Part shown: positions 26,950 through 40,304 of the stretch, piece after piece
How the letters are laid out: every line of letters begins with the position of its first letter
How positions within the stretch are numbered: the stretch's first letter is position 1
DNA from: Parasitella parasitica NRRL 2501
Taxonomy: Eukaryota > Fungi > Mucoromycota
Length of the DNA: 57,360 bases
Assembly: GCA_025201805.1 (NCBI GenBank)
Contig: MU619403.1
Span: forward strand, 1-57,360
Direction of reading: 5' to 3'
Notes under the pieces: model-generated
What the model saw: the letters and a program-made list of their open reading frames with translations, nothing else
Database searches by the model: none
Told to the model about the DNA's origin: nothing
Translations under genes and position numbers: made by a program

Positions 26950-28123
26950 TTACCCCTGTAGATCCATAAAATTAGCTGAAGGAGCAACGGTCAAGTATAT
27001 GTTTCTCGTAGACTCGTCTGTATAGATTTTGCCATAGAAATGCGTCTCCTATTCAAAGATATTAGACAATTCATGTCCAGATGCTAGTGTTCAGGCGTTA
27101 CCATGATACATTGAAATAGCCCGAATTTTAGAGCGTATTCTTTTTGCAGAGGCCACTTATCATTCGTCAAGGACTGATCTTTGTACACACCCTGCAGAGT
27201 ATTCTTGATAAACTGATGTTGTCTATGGCAGTATTCCTCAGATTGGATGAATAGACTGGAGCAGAACCTTCTATGGCACCATAAAGACTCATAGCCAGGA
27301 TATTTGACAATCAAGTTGTCCAGCCAAGCCATATGTGACTCTTGTTCAATAGCACCGTGCATTTCCATCACTTGTTGCAAGTATTGAAATCCTGAATAAT
27401 CGCTGATATTCAATTCTATCCATCGACGTGTTTCTTGGTACTCTTTTCCAACGACGTTTTGATCTGATTTACAAAAAGTAGATAACACCCAGAATCTGTA
27501 TGTCCAAGCATAGTAATTTCTTGGGTATGCCATTGATGTCATTGTACACAACTGGAATTCGTGCTCGACATCTGGTTTGGCGTAATTTTCAAATATCCAC
27601 TGACGATGATACCATGCTACTGAGCTCTTGGAATGCTTAGGAATTGTAAATATTAGTTCAATCAAAGATATTTCATCCTGCACCCGAATATAACTTGATT
27701 GGATGAGCTGCTTTCTACAATAGGGGAAAACAAAAGAAGCTTTCAGTAATCCTACTTGACGTTGTCATTTCCGAGTGCACCTTCGATTCATGGCTGTATA
27801 ATTATCCGGCTTTAGCAAAATCATTATTCGAGTTACCTGCTCTAGATGTTCATGATCGCTGTCGTCGATTGTTACAAAGTATTCATGAGCTTCTTTGAGC
27901 AATACCGCTAAACATTGTTTGGCGATCCCCAATTTATTTTCCACGACGATGAGCGGATGGTACATTTGGCTTTTTAACGGCAAATCAGACATCTCGGGAA
28001 TCATAGGTACTAAGCCCAATTCATTTCTGTTCCTTGTTAGCTAGTTCCTGGCTCACAATCCTAGATTTTTACCTACATATCATTGTTATATAACACGCCG
28101 CATAGCTTTTGATATAATCGCAT
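26950..28123 (-). CDS. PTAR1: Protein prenyltransferase alpha-subunit repeat protein (PTAR1-like)
   Basis: Spliced start MRLYQKLCG...ELGLVP. PPTA repeats PDNYTAMNRR, HSKSSVAWYHRQW, YPRNYYAWTYRFW, NISDYSGFQYLQ and YPGYESLWCHRR. Confidence 0.82.
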
Positions 28124-28292
28124 AGTAGTAACTTGGCATGCAAGAAGCACTCGTCCGAGATGAAATTGACGCTTGCCAACAGTGTAGCAGGCTGACGTCA
28201 TGTATCTTCTCTTTGTCTTTCCTAAAAGAAAAAAAGAACGTCGCAAAACTTTTCACTGATTGAAGTTCCTTCTGTTCGACATTCATCATAAA
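28124..28292. promoter_or_regulatory. Compact bidirectional promoter (PTAR1-like / SMARCC) with a CRE palindrome TGACGTCA at 28193-28200
   Basis: Divergent start codons 169 bp apart; the perfect ATF/CREB-type palindrome is seen directly, its function is inferred. Confidence 0.5.
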
Positions 28293-31200
28293 ATGTCTGG
28301 AAGAAATCCAAAGGGAGCTGCCTTGGGGCAAAGCCATTTCGAGTCAGAAGATGTAGTTGAATGCTTCAAGCCTCTGTGCCAAGAACTGAGCAAGCAGCAA
28401 CGCGATGTATCGTTCACAGCGCGAGACCTATCCTTATTAATCGGACAATTGCAGCAATTTCAACAAGAATGCTTGGGCTCATTCAACAGACCCAACAATG
28501 CGCCTGTGAGAATCCCTGCTAAACTCTTTAAAGTGGTAAAAAAGACACCCCTGAAGAAAGATTCAGCCATATACACCATCCTTCACAGCGCATATACATT
28601 TCGCCTTCGCCATAATTGGAAAAAATGGGATTTCAACAACCCTTCAAAAAAGCAAAAGAACGCCGATCTAGTTCAAGCCATCCGAACTGCTTTGATAAAG
28701 AAGAAGTTTATCAACCTACCAAAGATTGCCATTATGGAACCTGTTACAGATGCTCATCGTAAAACCGTCAGGGCAATGATCAAAAGACTGGGAGGTAGTA
28801 TCCAAACTTTTGATAAGAAAAAAAAAAATTGCTAAATTCAACTTTGCTCTCTCTTTTTCTCTTAGCTACCTATGTGGAAAATGTAAGCGACGCAACTCAT
28901 ATCTTGCACGGAAAACTTCATGATTACAACAAGAGCAGTGCGGAAGAAGATTGGTTTCGAACATTGGAAAAGGACGGATCAATGGTTTTGGTCCATTGGT
29001 GGTATTATCCAGACTCATTTGACAGTTGGCTGCCTCAAACGCAGCAATTTGCTGACCCAGAAGAGCCACCAGAGCATAACGGTTCATGGAAGATATCAGT
29101 CCGATGGCTGCAAGATACAGAACGATTCAATGAATATATGAATGAAGAAGATTATGAAGATTTAGAAGAGGACGAAGACGAAGAGGAAGACGAAGACGAA
29201 GAGGAAGAGGAGGAAGAAGAGGAAGATGAGGAAGAGGAAGATGAGGAGGGAGAGGAAGAGGAGGGAGAGGAAGAGGAAGAGCAAGACGATGAGGAAGAGC
29301 AAGACGATGAGGCCGAAGAAGATGAGGATGAGGACGAGGAAAATGAAAACACTCCTACTACAACACCTGCCAAGCGTAAGAGAAGTGATCGTGGATCAAG
29401 TCCAGCAAAAAAACTCAAATATTTGGCCAAACAACCTTCATCATTGCCGTCTATTGCTGCCATTTCTTCAAAAACAACAGAGTTTTTAGAGCCTGCGTTA
29501 CCTGCCGTTCCTGTGCTTAAAATCGGCCATCAGCCAGTTGTCCGTGTAAGAAATATCGAAACAGAAAAACCACAGACTGGAAGTCGACAGAGAAAAAATG
29601 AATTCGAGCCATACTTGAATGGCGATATCACCAACATATCTCAGTTCACTTCAATCAATGTCGAATATCCAAAGAGACCTAACAGTATTCGTAAGCTAGA
29701 CGAGGAGATGAAAGATGATAAAGGTAATTATTCTTGATCGGCAGATTCTTGTTCCCTCTAATTTTGCATGGTAGTTCTCAGCGTCTCTGACCTCATCAAA
29801 TCAACGCCTTTCGACTATAAAGAAATTGATCTTCCTGAATGGTTTGATAAATCCTTTATCAATGAAAATGAAATTCTAGCGTTACCAGAGATTGGAAGTG
29901 CAGATCTGCCAGAAGAAGACTACAAAAAATACAGAAATCACATGGTTGATACCTATAGAGCCGATCCTGATTTCTACTTGACTATCTCTGCCTGCAAATC
30001 CAAACTAGATGCCGATTTAGTTACGTTGGTTCGAATTCACACTTTTCTTGAGTTGAGTAAGATTATCAATACAAGACCTGATCCTCGACGTCGAATATTC
30101 GACCCTTATATTGATAGCGATCCCACTGCGCAAGTTGCTCCCAAGTTGCAGCGTAATTTCAAGGACATCGAGAAAGCTGATATTCAATACCTGCGAGCCC
30201 TGATCTATGATGAATCCCAAATACCACCTTCTCGCTCTTCTTGGGATCTGGCCATTGAAGACCCTACTAACCCGGACGGCCGCAAAATATTCCACTGCTC
30301 CAACTGTAACGTAGACTGTAGCGCTGTATCTTACCAGTCCCTCAAGGCAAAGAATTTTCAAGTGTGCATTGATTGTTTCTTGGAAGGTCGTTTCCCTGCT
30401 ACGTTTTCGAGTGGCGACTTTTTGCGTGTTGAAGCCGACGATACTGAATTAACCCTAGATGAAACTTGGACAGCACAAGAAACCTTGCGCTTATTAGAGG
30501 GCGTGGATAGGTTTGATGATGACTGGCTCATGATCTCTGAACACGTCGGTAGCCGATCGAAGGAACAGTGCATTACCCAATTTTTGCAGCTGCCTATCAA
30601 TGACGAATTCCTTACTGCTCAATTGACAGCAAAAGAGTTGGAGGAATTACCCTTTGGCGATTTACCTAATCCTGCCATGACAACTATTGCATTTTTATCT
30701 GGACATGTCAATCCTGGGGTGGGCTCTGCAGCTGCTAAAACCGCATTAAAAGTGTTTATGAAATCAGGAGAAGGCAGACAGGAGGAAGGAGAAGAGAAGG
30801 ATGCAAAAACTCAAATTTCTATAAAAAATGAAATGGAGGACGAGATTATGACTGACGACAATGATACAACGATAAAGCCAGAAAAGGAAGATGAAAACAA
30901 AAATCTTTTAAATGATCAAGAAATGACAGAGGCGACTACAGCACCTGTCAAAAAAGCAGTAGATCAAGGCATTTTTTCAAAACAGGTTCAAAAAGAAGCG
31001 ACCACATTAGCGTTGAAAAGTGCAGTACAGAATGCTCGCAAGTTGGCGAGCTACGAAGATCAAGAAATACAACATTGGACTCGCTTGGCTGTGAAGACCA
31101 TGGTCGATAAACTGTCCATCAAAGTACAACAATACGATGAACTCGAAACATCACTGTCAAATGAACTACAAGAATTGGAAAAGCAATCAGGATTACTTGC

Positions 31201-31333
31201 AAACTCTATTGATGCATTAGTTGCTCAGCATTTTCCCCTAAACACTACTACTGCGGATGAGCCAATAGCTTCATCTAGCACACAACACAGCGGCGATAAC
31301 AGTAACAAACCAGCACCATCATCGGTGCAATAA
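28293..31333 (+). CDS. SMARCC: SWI/SNF-RSC core subunit of SMARCC (BAF155/170)/Swi3/Rsc8 type, with N-terminal module, SWIRM, ZZ, SANT and coiled coil
   Basis: VLVHWWYYPDSFDSWLP...WKISVRWLQDTERFNEYMNEEDYE, SWIRM (LPEWFD..INENEILALPE; YRNHMVDTYR), ZZ (CSNC...CIDCF), and SANT (WTAQETLRLLEG...HVGSRSKEQCI). Two introns near 28796-28865 and 29723-29774. Confidence 0.93.
29140..29345 (+). repeat. Coding GAG/GAA/GAC low-complexity tract (~65-residue acidic stretch)
   Basis: Seen directly within the SMARCC-type ORF. Confidence 0.9.
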
Positions 31334-31552
31334 GAAAATTACTTGGAAAAAAAAAAAGTTTAATATGTAATATTCCCTCTCCCATCACAAAAAAAAAACT
31401 TCCTTTTCAATCATGACTTGACCTGATCTTGAGACAAATATTAATCTTGAAAAAATCCTTGACCGACTCTAGCTTGATTCGAGGTTGAGTTGTGAAAAAG
31501 TTGGCTTAATGCATAAAGCTTTTTACCTTCTTCTTTATCTCTCCATTGTTTC

Positions 31553-32480
31553 TTACCATTTGAATTCAACGAATCCAATTATTTTTGTCAAAGCTAGTAA
31601 AGATGGAAATAACATTTTCAACAGAGTTCTTTCATGATTTTGTACAAACTCAGGCACAGTTCGACAAACCAAGTGAAATGAGCAAAGACTATGTTTGATG
31701 ATTTCTAAAAATGCTTTTGATTGAGGTGTTAACCTGTGATCAGGTTTGAACGACCAAAGCATTTGGTTATATGTATCAAAAGGCTCATCGTCCAACAAAG
31801 AGACCAAGCTGTCAACCAAATTTAGCGATCGGAGTGATTTGTTTACTTTTGTTCGTTTCTGCATGCTTGGTATTCACTATAGTCAAAGAATCAATGGAAG
31901 GTGGGTTTTTCGCAATTTAGGCTTGTGTAGACTCTCAGAATTACTAGATGGTGCAGCGAGAACGAATAAAGCTTTTTTTTTAAGCTTGAAAACCTTTACT
32001 TGCGAGCTAGGCTTGATAACGGAAATGTTGTTAGGTCTACTTGCTAATGATAATGCTAATACATCAAAATGATAAATCGCATGCAGACAAAGTGGTATAG
32101 GTTCTCGCCTTCAGTTGCACGTAGCCCACACTACATTATATATTCGAAAGGGTAAATGAAAACGAAATGATGAGGTGGAATAATTTGTCAACTTACATTA
32201 TCATATACCTTGTTTTTAAAAGCTACTGAAAGCGTCTTGAACAGGAATGTTACGTTCAGCGTTTGTCTAAAGATACCAAGATATAGGCTTATCATCAATC
32301 ATTTGTAACATAAAAAGGCCTTACCAAATTGGAAGAGTCAACATTTTCTGACTCTCGTCTTTTTCCTAGCTAAAAAAAAAAAAGAATTGAACAAAAAAAA
32401 AAACTGCTTGTATTTTCACTATGCTACTTTCCACGAAAAAGACGCTTGAAGTCGAAAAATTTACTAGTCCATTGTTGTTA
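31553..32480 (-). pseudogene. Fragmented hypothetical gene, probably from a lineage-expanded repetitive family
   Basis: Protein-like piece ...NHERTLLKMLFPSLLALTKIIGFVEFKW ends at a GT donor with no recognisable next exon; upstream fragments are interrupted. Confidence 0.35.
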
Positions 32481-34025
32481 AATGTATCGGAAACCTTGAT
32501 GAAACCAGCTAGTTCGTTATAAGGGGCAAAATCAGGCGTAGACGCGGACGCAGAAGTAGCACTTGAACCATCAACATCTTGGATATTATTATGTATCTCT
32601 TCAGTATTTTCATAACCATTAGATCGTCGTTCAGCAAAATGTTTGTAAAAATTAAGATTTAGGAGTTTCTATCCTTGATCAGTCTTTACATAAACCAAGT
32701 AAAAGCAACAGAAAAAAAAGACTATTTTGATAACCAAAAGGACCCAAAGATGCCTGATATTATTCTTTATTTAGGCTATATTTGTTCAAGCGTACACACA
32801 AAAGTATTATGGGTGATCAACACGATGGATCACGACAGAGTCTCGGCCTTTTTGCTGTCATCGGGTTATTTTAAAGACTGGCAACCATATTCGTCCTATA
32901 ACTGAAAAAAAATGAGATGTTGAATAGAAATGCAAGCTACATAAATCCTCTCATCGTAATTTGATAAACAACTCTGAATCTTTTTATTTATTTTTTAGCA
33001 TGAAGTTATGGATATTACGTGAATGCTTTTTGACCTTTCGTTTCTAAACCGATTGACATTAAAGAGCAATAGTTAATTTGATTAATGTTTGTTCGAACAA
33101 AAGATGCTTCATTTGCTTTGTGAGTTTATGCTGTGAGTTTTTAAAAACGGCAATTCTATAAAGGCTGGAAAAGGCTGATAATTAAACTTTTCCAGGATAT
33201 TATGATCTATGGAACAATGCTACCTATTAAGCATACGAAATTATCAGTAAACTGGCTCGAGTAAATAAGACTCAACGTATTTTGGTGGGCAGACGTTTGA
33301 TCTTGGTCCTTTTCTAAAGCCTGTATGAGTTCCACACTGTATTATTTCATTAGCCCAATAACTCTTAGTGTATCAACTAATGTTCATTACAATAGTCCTA
33401 TCCATCGCTCTTCTTTTTGTTTTGGAAGCTATGAACGAAAGAGGCTATGTGCTTATTATGGAAGAGTGCCGGGTGAAGATTAAAAGCGATAATAAGTATA
33501 AGGAGAACAAACTCAGGCCTGGCATGGTTGCAGCCTGTTAGACGGTTACTGTCAGCAATTGTTAAGGCTTGATTAGACCCTCAAAAGAATTACGATACAT
33601 AAATTTCAACAAAGAAGTAAGAATTGAAATGACCATGAAGTAGTATCAAAAATGCTACTCACCTTATTTTATTCTTACAAATAAATTGACCCACTTTTTT
33701 TTTTTAAAAACCTTTTATTCGGACGTCTTTAAACATGAAGTTCATCCAGTATTCTGTCGGTTATTTTTCTTAATACTTAAAGAGCCTTTGTAGTCAATTT
33801 GATCAAAACATTGGTCAATTTATTTGCAAGAAGTGGCCAATTAATTTTTGAAGAGATGGTCAAATTAACTTCGAAACATTTGGATCAAAAAAGTGCTCGA
33901 ACTTTTCAAACATTTAGTAAATTGAGAGTACTATTGAAGCTGATGTTATAAGGTAATTACGTAAAATGAAAATTGAAGAGGGTTAAAGGAAATCTATGTT
34001 ATTCTAGCTGAAATATTTAATGCTG

Positions 34026-34439
34026 CTATTGTCTTGAGGTAATTTTCGAATGTACAGGCGTGCTTCTGCCTTCAGTAACATGATTATCATAGAGTGAACG
34101 ATCATAAGGTCGGTTTTGTCGACCGCGTAGTATATGATGGGGACTTGTATAGTTACCTTCGTCTACTCCTTCCGATACGGGAGCATCCCGTCCCAGACTG
34201 ATGACTGAATTGGAAAGGGAATAATCAAGCGAAAAGGCCGAAGCCGTGTCTGCAATCAGCTCTTCCTCTTCATAATTGTGTGATGGTTCTCGAAATAATG
34301 CTCCTTCTTCCACTGCATGGAACATGGGCTGTGGCGACATTGTTGATAGGGACGATGAGTTTACTTTTTGAGGTGACGTTCTACATGGAGGCGGGTAAGC
34401 AGATGTAGGATAGTGAGCAGTTGTTGCTGTGGCAGAGGT

Positions 34440-34478
<39 letters not shown>

Positions 34479-37400
34479 CGATGCGGAAGTAGCAGAATAT
34501 GATCGAATTCGATGCTGTATATTAGTAAAACTACTTGCAGCGTCGTGAGTTGAGTCTTGCGCTGTTGATGTTGGTATAAACATGTTGTGCTGATAATATG
34601 GGTAGTCAGAAGTCGTATTGGTGGAGACTCCACTAAAGTAAGAGGAATGAGAGTTACTAGTTTTATGATGTACTGTGGAAGAACCTTTCGCAGCGGCAGC
34701 AGCAGCAATGTTGACATTGGTATTACTGGAAGATGATCGGGTGTGCTTGACGATGTTCAAAGGGTCTTCATACGCATCATCAAACGGATCGTCCAACGCA
34801 GAAGTAAAAGGATTGTGAGGGCTACCCGGGGTACTGTTGATAGAACTAGTACGAGGTGTGGACAATCTGTTATTGTTGCTAGATGATAGCAGAAATAGAG
34901 CATCGTCTTCAGATGCAAACCGCGAATGGCCTTCCCTCATTTTCATGCCATTTCGAACTTGGACCAAAGGAGGTGACGAAATCAAGGAGTTGTGAGTGTC
35001 CATGCGATATACACGTGAGGAAGACCATGACGGTTTACTAATATGACCACTGACACCACCGCCATTAGCAGCAGCAGCAGTGGCATTGACATAGGCCGTG
35101 AATCCACTAAATTTGGCATCCAAGATCTCTGCTTGTTCCTTTTCACGTTGTGCTGTTTTCTCAGCTTCCAGCACCTCGAAATCAGCCAGTCTCATGCGGA
35201 CTACAGCATCTTCGGCTTCAGCTTCGTCTTGCAGCAGACACTCGTCTTCAGTCATTTCGTCCATGACAATACCGTGCAGTCTACTATGGTAGCCGCCTTT
35301 TGCAGTCGGCCATACATCATACCAGCGATAAGCATAATCAGAATACCAAATAGCCAAAATGGGGAAATACACACCGAATATGGGTACCGAGAACAGGCCA
35401 TAGATGCAAAACCACAAAACGTACTTGAATTGACGTCGGATGACAAAATAAAAGATATGAAGCACAATAAGACACGTGAATGAGCCTGCAATGATAGCAT
35501 ATGCCATGTCTTTATACAGAAAGTATCGAATGTAAATGGTGTAGAGATAGACTATGATGGGGGTCGAAAATATCACGTCCAATAGCTTTGTAAATGAGAT
35601 AATCCAGTACATGAATCCTAAATGCTTGGCAACATGCTGAAATTCGATCTGATTATGAAAGGTTGCCCGAATATTTCGAATTTGAAGCGCTTGGAGAGCA
35701 AAGAAGTTGGTAGGGAGAGTAGCGTAGCCAATGGCTTCCGGCTCAAATGCAAATCTACTGCGAGGATTAGACCGCAACAGCACAAGGCCGAAATACTGGT
35801 CTTCGCCAAGCAGCAAAATATTTTCCATGTGCATAGTAGCTGGTCTTGGTGCTGCAATCCCCCGCAACACAGTTGGCTGGATGCAGCATGGCTGAATATT
35901 AGCATTGGGCAAAAGGGAGAGCGTAGGTTGTGATGACATCTTTTTCTTCTTCTTGTGTGAGCGTCTTTGGTAGCTCGCCTTTTTGCGAAATGTCGTTGTG
36001 ATGGTTGTGTTGGTGGTTGTAGTTGTTACATTGTCATCACTGCTACTGTTGTCATCATCATTGTCTTCGTCGTCAAAAACAACGCCATCGGGAGCTTTTG
36101 GCCCGGACGAATCTGTTGGCGCGGAGCCGATGTCATCACTTACTTTGGGGAGTTTGTTGGGCAGAGCAGGAGCAGGAGCAGGAATAGGATGGCTGTGGAC
36201 TCGTTTCAGCTTGATAGCCTCGTTGACGTTTGCATTGAACGGGCTGGAGCTTGTGCCACTAATAAGACTCGTATCGCCTACTTGGCGATACAATGGCTGG
36301 ATGCCGGATGATTCCTTCCAAATACGATACATGACAAACCCACCATTGATCGTCGTAACCCGCCCCAAACAAGCTTCATAAGCCAGGCCCGAATAGAATG
36401 TCATGTACAGAGGAAATATCTGGAGCATAGTGATGATATTGTCTTCTGGATTGGCCGGCCTAATGTACCCATTGACTGCTAGTATCTTTGGATCTGCTTC
36501 CAATCTTGATACCATCCTAAACACAACATCATCCTGCACTTGTGTGTCTGCGTCAGTCACCAGCATGTACTTGAATTCTCTTGGGTCAATCCCCAGCAGG
36601 TTGTAGCAAAGGTTAAACAGCTCAAACTCCAACGGCGTGATTCTGTTGTGAGCAAGGTTCAAACAGCGTTCCAAGAACCCCAATACAATGACCATGGAGT
36701 CTCTCTTTCCACGGTTTCCCGGAGCTCTTGTCGCTGAGAGTGCTTCGTTTGGTGACCCCACCTTGACAATCATCAGAAATGGTACACGGTTACGCCCTGA
36801 CTCGTAAAATCCAGCATACACTTTAGCATAATTCACTCGTCTGACACCTTGGCCTAGTGAAATGTAGGCTCGCGATTCACGATCTTCGGTAGAGCTGTAG
36901 CCCAATGCGTCCAGTATACATAGATACGTCTCCTTGGCATCCGAGCTGCCTTTCACCAATCCATCGCATACAAAGAAGAGTAGTTTGCGGGTGTCGGGAT
37001 AACTTGTGCGTGCCAAGGAATCGAATGTCTGGTGAAGTGCTTCGGAGGGTTCTGCGTAACACGGGATAAATAATAGAGTGTACGGAAGTAGATATTTCGT
37101 ACTATCCAAGGCCAAAAGTGGTGGTTTTGACGTTGTCATCTTTTTCGAGTCAGTTGCTGGCACTGATTTGTACAGAATATGCTGCATAAATTTGAGGCGA
37201 GACAAGTTGGCCAAGTTCATTTTCAGGAGGAAATAGAGCAGGAAACAACCCATCGTGATCCACAAAGCCAAATTGATGTGCGAGCATCCCTCGTCCTCAT
37301 TTCCATTAATGACGCCGTGCTGAAACAGTGTATACAAGCATTCCTTGTACCGATCTGCATAAGCTATTTCGGAATGGAAAATTGCGCTGATATCCTCGCC

Positions 37401-38413
37401 CATATGGACAAACAGCAAAATGGTGAGATCAAGTGGCAAAAACATGCGGTCGGTAGCGAACGCTCGAGAGTAAGCCCCATTGGCTACTTTGACTATGTTT
37501 GTAGCAGCTTCCAAGTAGTCTGTAACATCCAGTACTCGGTTATCTAACACCACAAATGCCTGACCTGGTCCATAGGAATGTGGCAACGAAGAAAAGTTGG
37601 AATAAATATCGTCCATGTTGAACTTGAGGGCTGAAAAGGCACACTTAGCTTTATATATCTGTGTATATATACATATGTATTTATATAGGCACACTTACAT
37701 CCTTTTTTCGGATATCTGGTATACTCTTCCTTGGAAGCTGATGAATAAAAGCATGGAGTGCCTGTTTTATTTCGCTGATAGGGTAAAGGGCAAGATTGAA
37801 GCTTATTGTCTTTGAACACATAGCCTGGATCGTTTGCAAATTTGTACGACAGCCAATTATCTGCCTCAGTGGATCGGTTAAATCCGTTAATGCACACATC
37901 CACAACCTGGTTCTCATAGTATGTCTGGTCAATAGGCCGCAATAGAGCCATAAAACTCGGGAACATGGGCGATAAATCGTAATGTGGATATGCGTTGACC
38001 TGTCGAGTCATTTCTGATGCATCCCCTAAATTGTGCCAATCAACGACATCACCATTGATGGATGATGATTCTGAAGTGTTGCTATAAACTTGGGTATAGT
38101 CGTATGTTGGCGGCGGATCGCAGAAGAGTGTTGTAATAAATTCCAGCCAAATGCAAAATGCTGCTGCTATTAGAGCTACGGTTAACAGCAACGCAATCTT
38201 TTCTCTCCAGGCCATGCGCCGCACTTGTACAATTCTATCAGCTCGGCATCTTTGGGATGAAACACACTACAAACCTTTAGTTGCGAGACGTCCATTCGAT
38301 ACGTAGACAAGGAGGGTGTCTGGAATAAGGAATGTACATGCTCTAGCATATGCGACCCAAACGATACGTCGACAGGAGGGCGGACGCATATGTTTAGAGT
38401 CGTTTTTTGCCAT
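34026..38413 (-). CDS. Chitin synthase-like protein (division 2, class IV-like, no myosin motor) with degenerate catalytic motifs
   Basis: WVAYARACTFLIP...RMAWREK N-terminus, cytochrome-b5-like segment, PGNRGKRDS, DADT and LLLGED. Two introns (~38225-38275 and ~37632-37699). The QRRRW position reads LQIRN. Confidence 0.9.
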
Positions 38414-38911
38414 AGTTTTTAAAAAAAAAAAAAAAAAAAAAAATTAGTACTCTCTTTCAATGTCAATGATATTCTATAGCATATACGGAAAGAAAATATA
38501 AAGAATAAAAAGAGAAAAAAGAATTTTTATAATGATATGTATGATATCGAAAATATGGACAAGAAATGTTCATAGCGGAATCAGCTCTCATTGGACAAAA
38601 AAAAAACAACAACATTTGATGGTATTCGTAGTAAAAAAAAAAAAAAGCATATGTATTGATATATATACGGTTTTTAAAAAAAATAAAAGTGTTCATAAGA
38701 TAGGTATGTACTATGTGAATATAAGAGATAAAAGAATATATGATGATAATGATTGAATTGAGTCAGGCTGGTTATTTTGGTTATACATAGGAGTTTTGCT
38801 GCTGTTGGTGTTAGAGAGAATGAATGGGAATAATAAGGAGTGTGATGTTTGCTGCAAAAGTAATAATGAAAATAAAAATAAAAATAAAAGGTGATGGGAT
38901 GAGGAAGGGAT

Positions 38912-40304
38912 TTATGGATAAAATCTATTCGATTGCTGTCTAACATTACTAATATTATATGAACGAGGATGGCTGTCTATGATAGCAAACTTCCTCTTCT
39001 TGCTCATGCTGTCACCGACAGGATTCAGAATTGAACGCTGATGGAGAATATTATGATCGAAACTAGTGGGTGAGTTCCAGTTGAATACTGAAGTGCCGTT
39101 ATTCATCCGTACAGGTGATATCTGCGTGGGTGTTTGCATAGGGGACGAGTTGATGGAGCTAGGTAGCGACATTGAGAGCACAGGTGGATAGGACGCAGAT
39201 GCAGAGCTCGTCTTTCTCTTTTTCGATCGTTTGTCAGGCTGGCATTCACAGCTGTTGTTCAGGGGAGGAGGTAGGAATGAAGTTGGTGAAAGCACAAATG
39301 TCCAGCCATGATTTTGTTGTGAACGAGGAGGGGTTGTACGAGGAGATGGAAGCAGTTGCCTGTCAGCATGATCGAAATAATCAGCGCTGGTTGGAGCAAA
39401 TGGCAGCGAAGACAGGTCATGCAGATCTGCTGGCTGGTTCAACGTCTTTCGTTCGACATACATGTGCAATAGATGATGCCATTGCTCAAATTTAGGCTGG
39501 GCAATGTAGAGACGATAGTTGATCAGGTTGAGAAATATCCTCTCGGCTGCGTTCACTTCGGATACAGGCAGTCCAGCAATTTTTGCCCAAGCAGAGTTGC
39601 GGTAGGTTTTGTCCTGGACGAATTTGGAAGCGACGACTAAACTGGCAAGAAACATGCGTCTACCACAATTAATATAAGCGTATTCCCAATTATTGTTATT
39701 ATTTTGTTGTTGTTGTTGTTGCTGCATTCTTGTTAAATAGTTTGTGATTTCAGGTCTTGAACGAAATAAATAAAATAAGGCGGTCTGCAGTGTCGAATAC
39801 GTTGTTCTTGATCGTTTGAGCACTTCTTGGATGAATGTTCTGAGGGGCACAACTGCATTGTTCGTATTGTCGTTGTTGAGTTTGCTGCTGTCGGAAGCAG
39901 GATTCAGCTGCCAGATCAATTCAATAACAATCGCATTTGCATCTAATCCACATGCATTTAGATTTTAAATTAAAACCGCTTGGNNNNNNNNNNAAATACC
40001 TACCCACAAGGGCATCGACATAGGCCAGTCGATTAGTCGTCGTAGCAGTGGCATTAGGAGATGATCTCGGCTTTACGACAGCCACCGAAGGAACAACTCT
40101 CTCTGCTCCTCCTGCTGGTAAAGATACTGTCAATCCATCTCTTGTCATTCTACTGGCATTGCTGTACCATCGTTGCTGTTGAAATTGGTAATTGGGCTGC
40201 TGCTGTTGCAGTTGCTGTTCGGTGTTTGATGTGGATTCAGCAGCTGCTGAAGCGGGGATGGAGGAGTGAGGTGCGACGTATTGAAGAGGTAAAAGAGAGG
40301 TCAT
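38912..40304 (-). CDS. Pho80/Pcl-family cyclin (Pcl5/Clg1-like)
   Basis: LRTFIQEVLKRSRTTYSTLQTALFYL and CGRRMFLASLVVASKFVQDKTYRNSAWAKIAGL...ERIFL. One intron containing the N run 39984-39993. Confidence 0.9.

Noticed and set aside
32841-32856. TCTCGGCCTTTTTGCT resembles the 5' end of U2 snRNA
   Set aside because: It is not followed by AAGATCAAGTGTAGTA (branch-recognition region) or an Sm site; likely a chance match.
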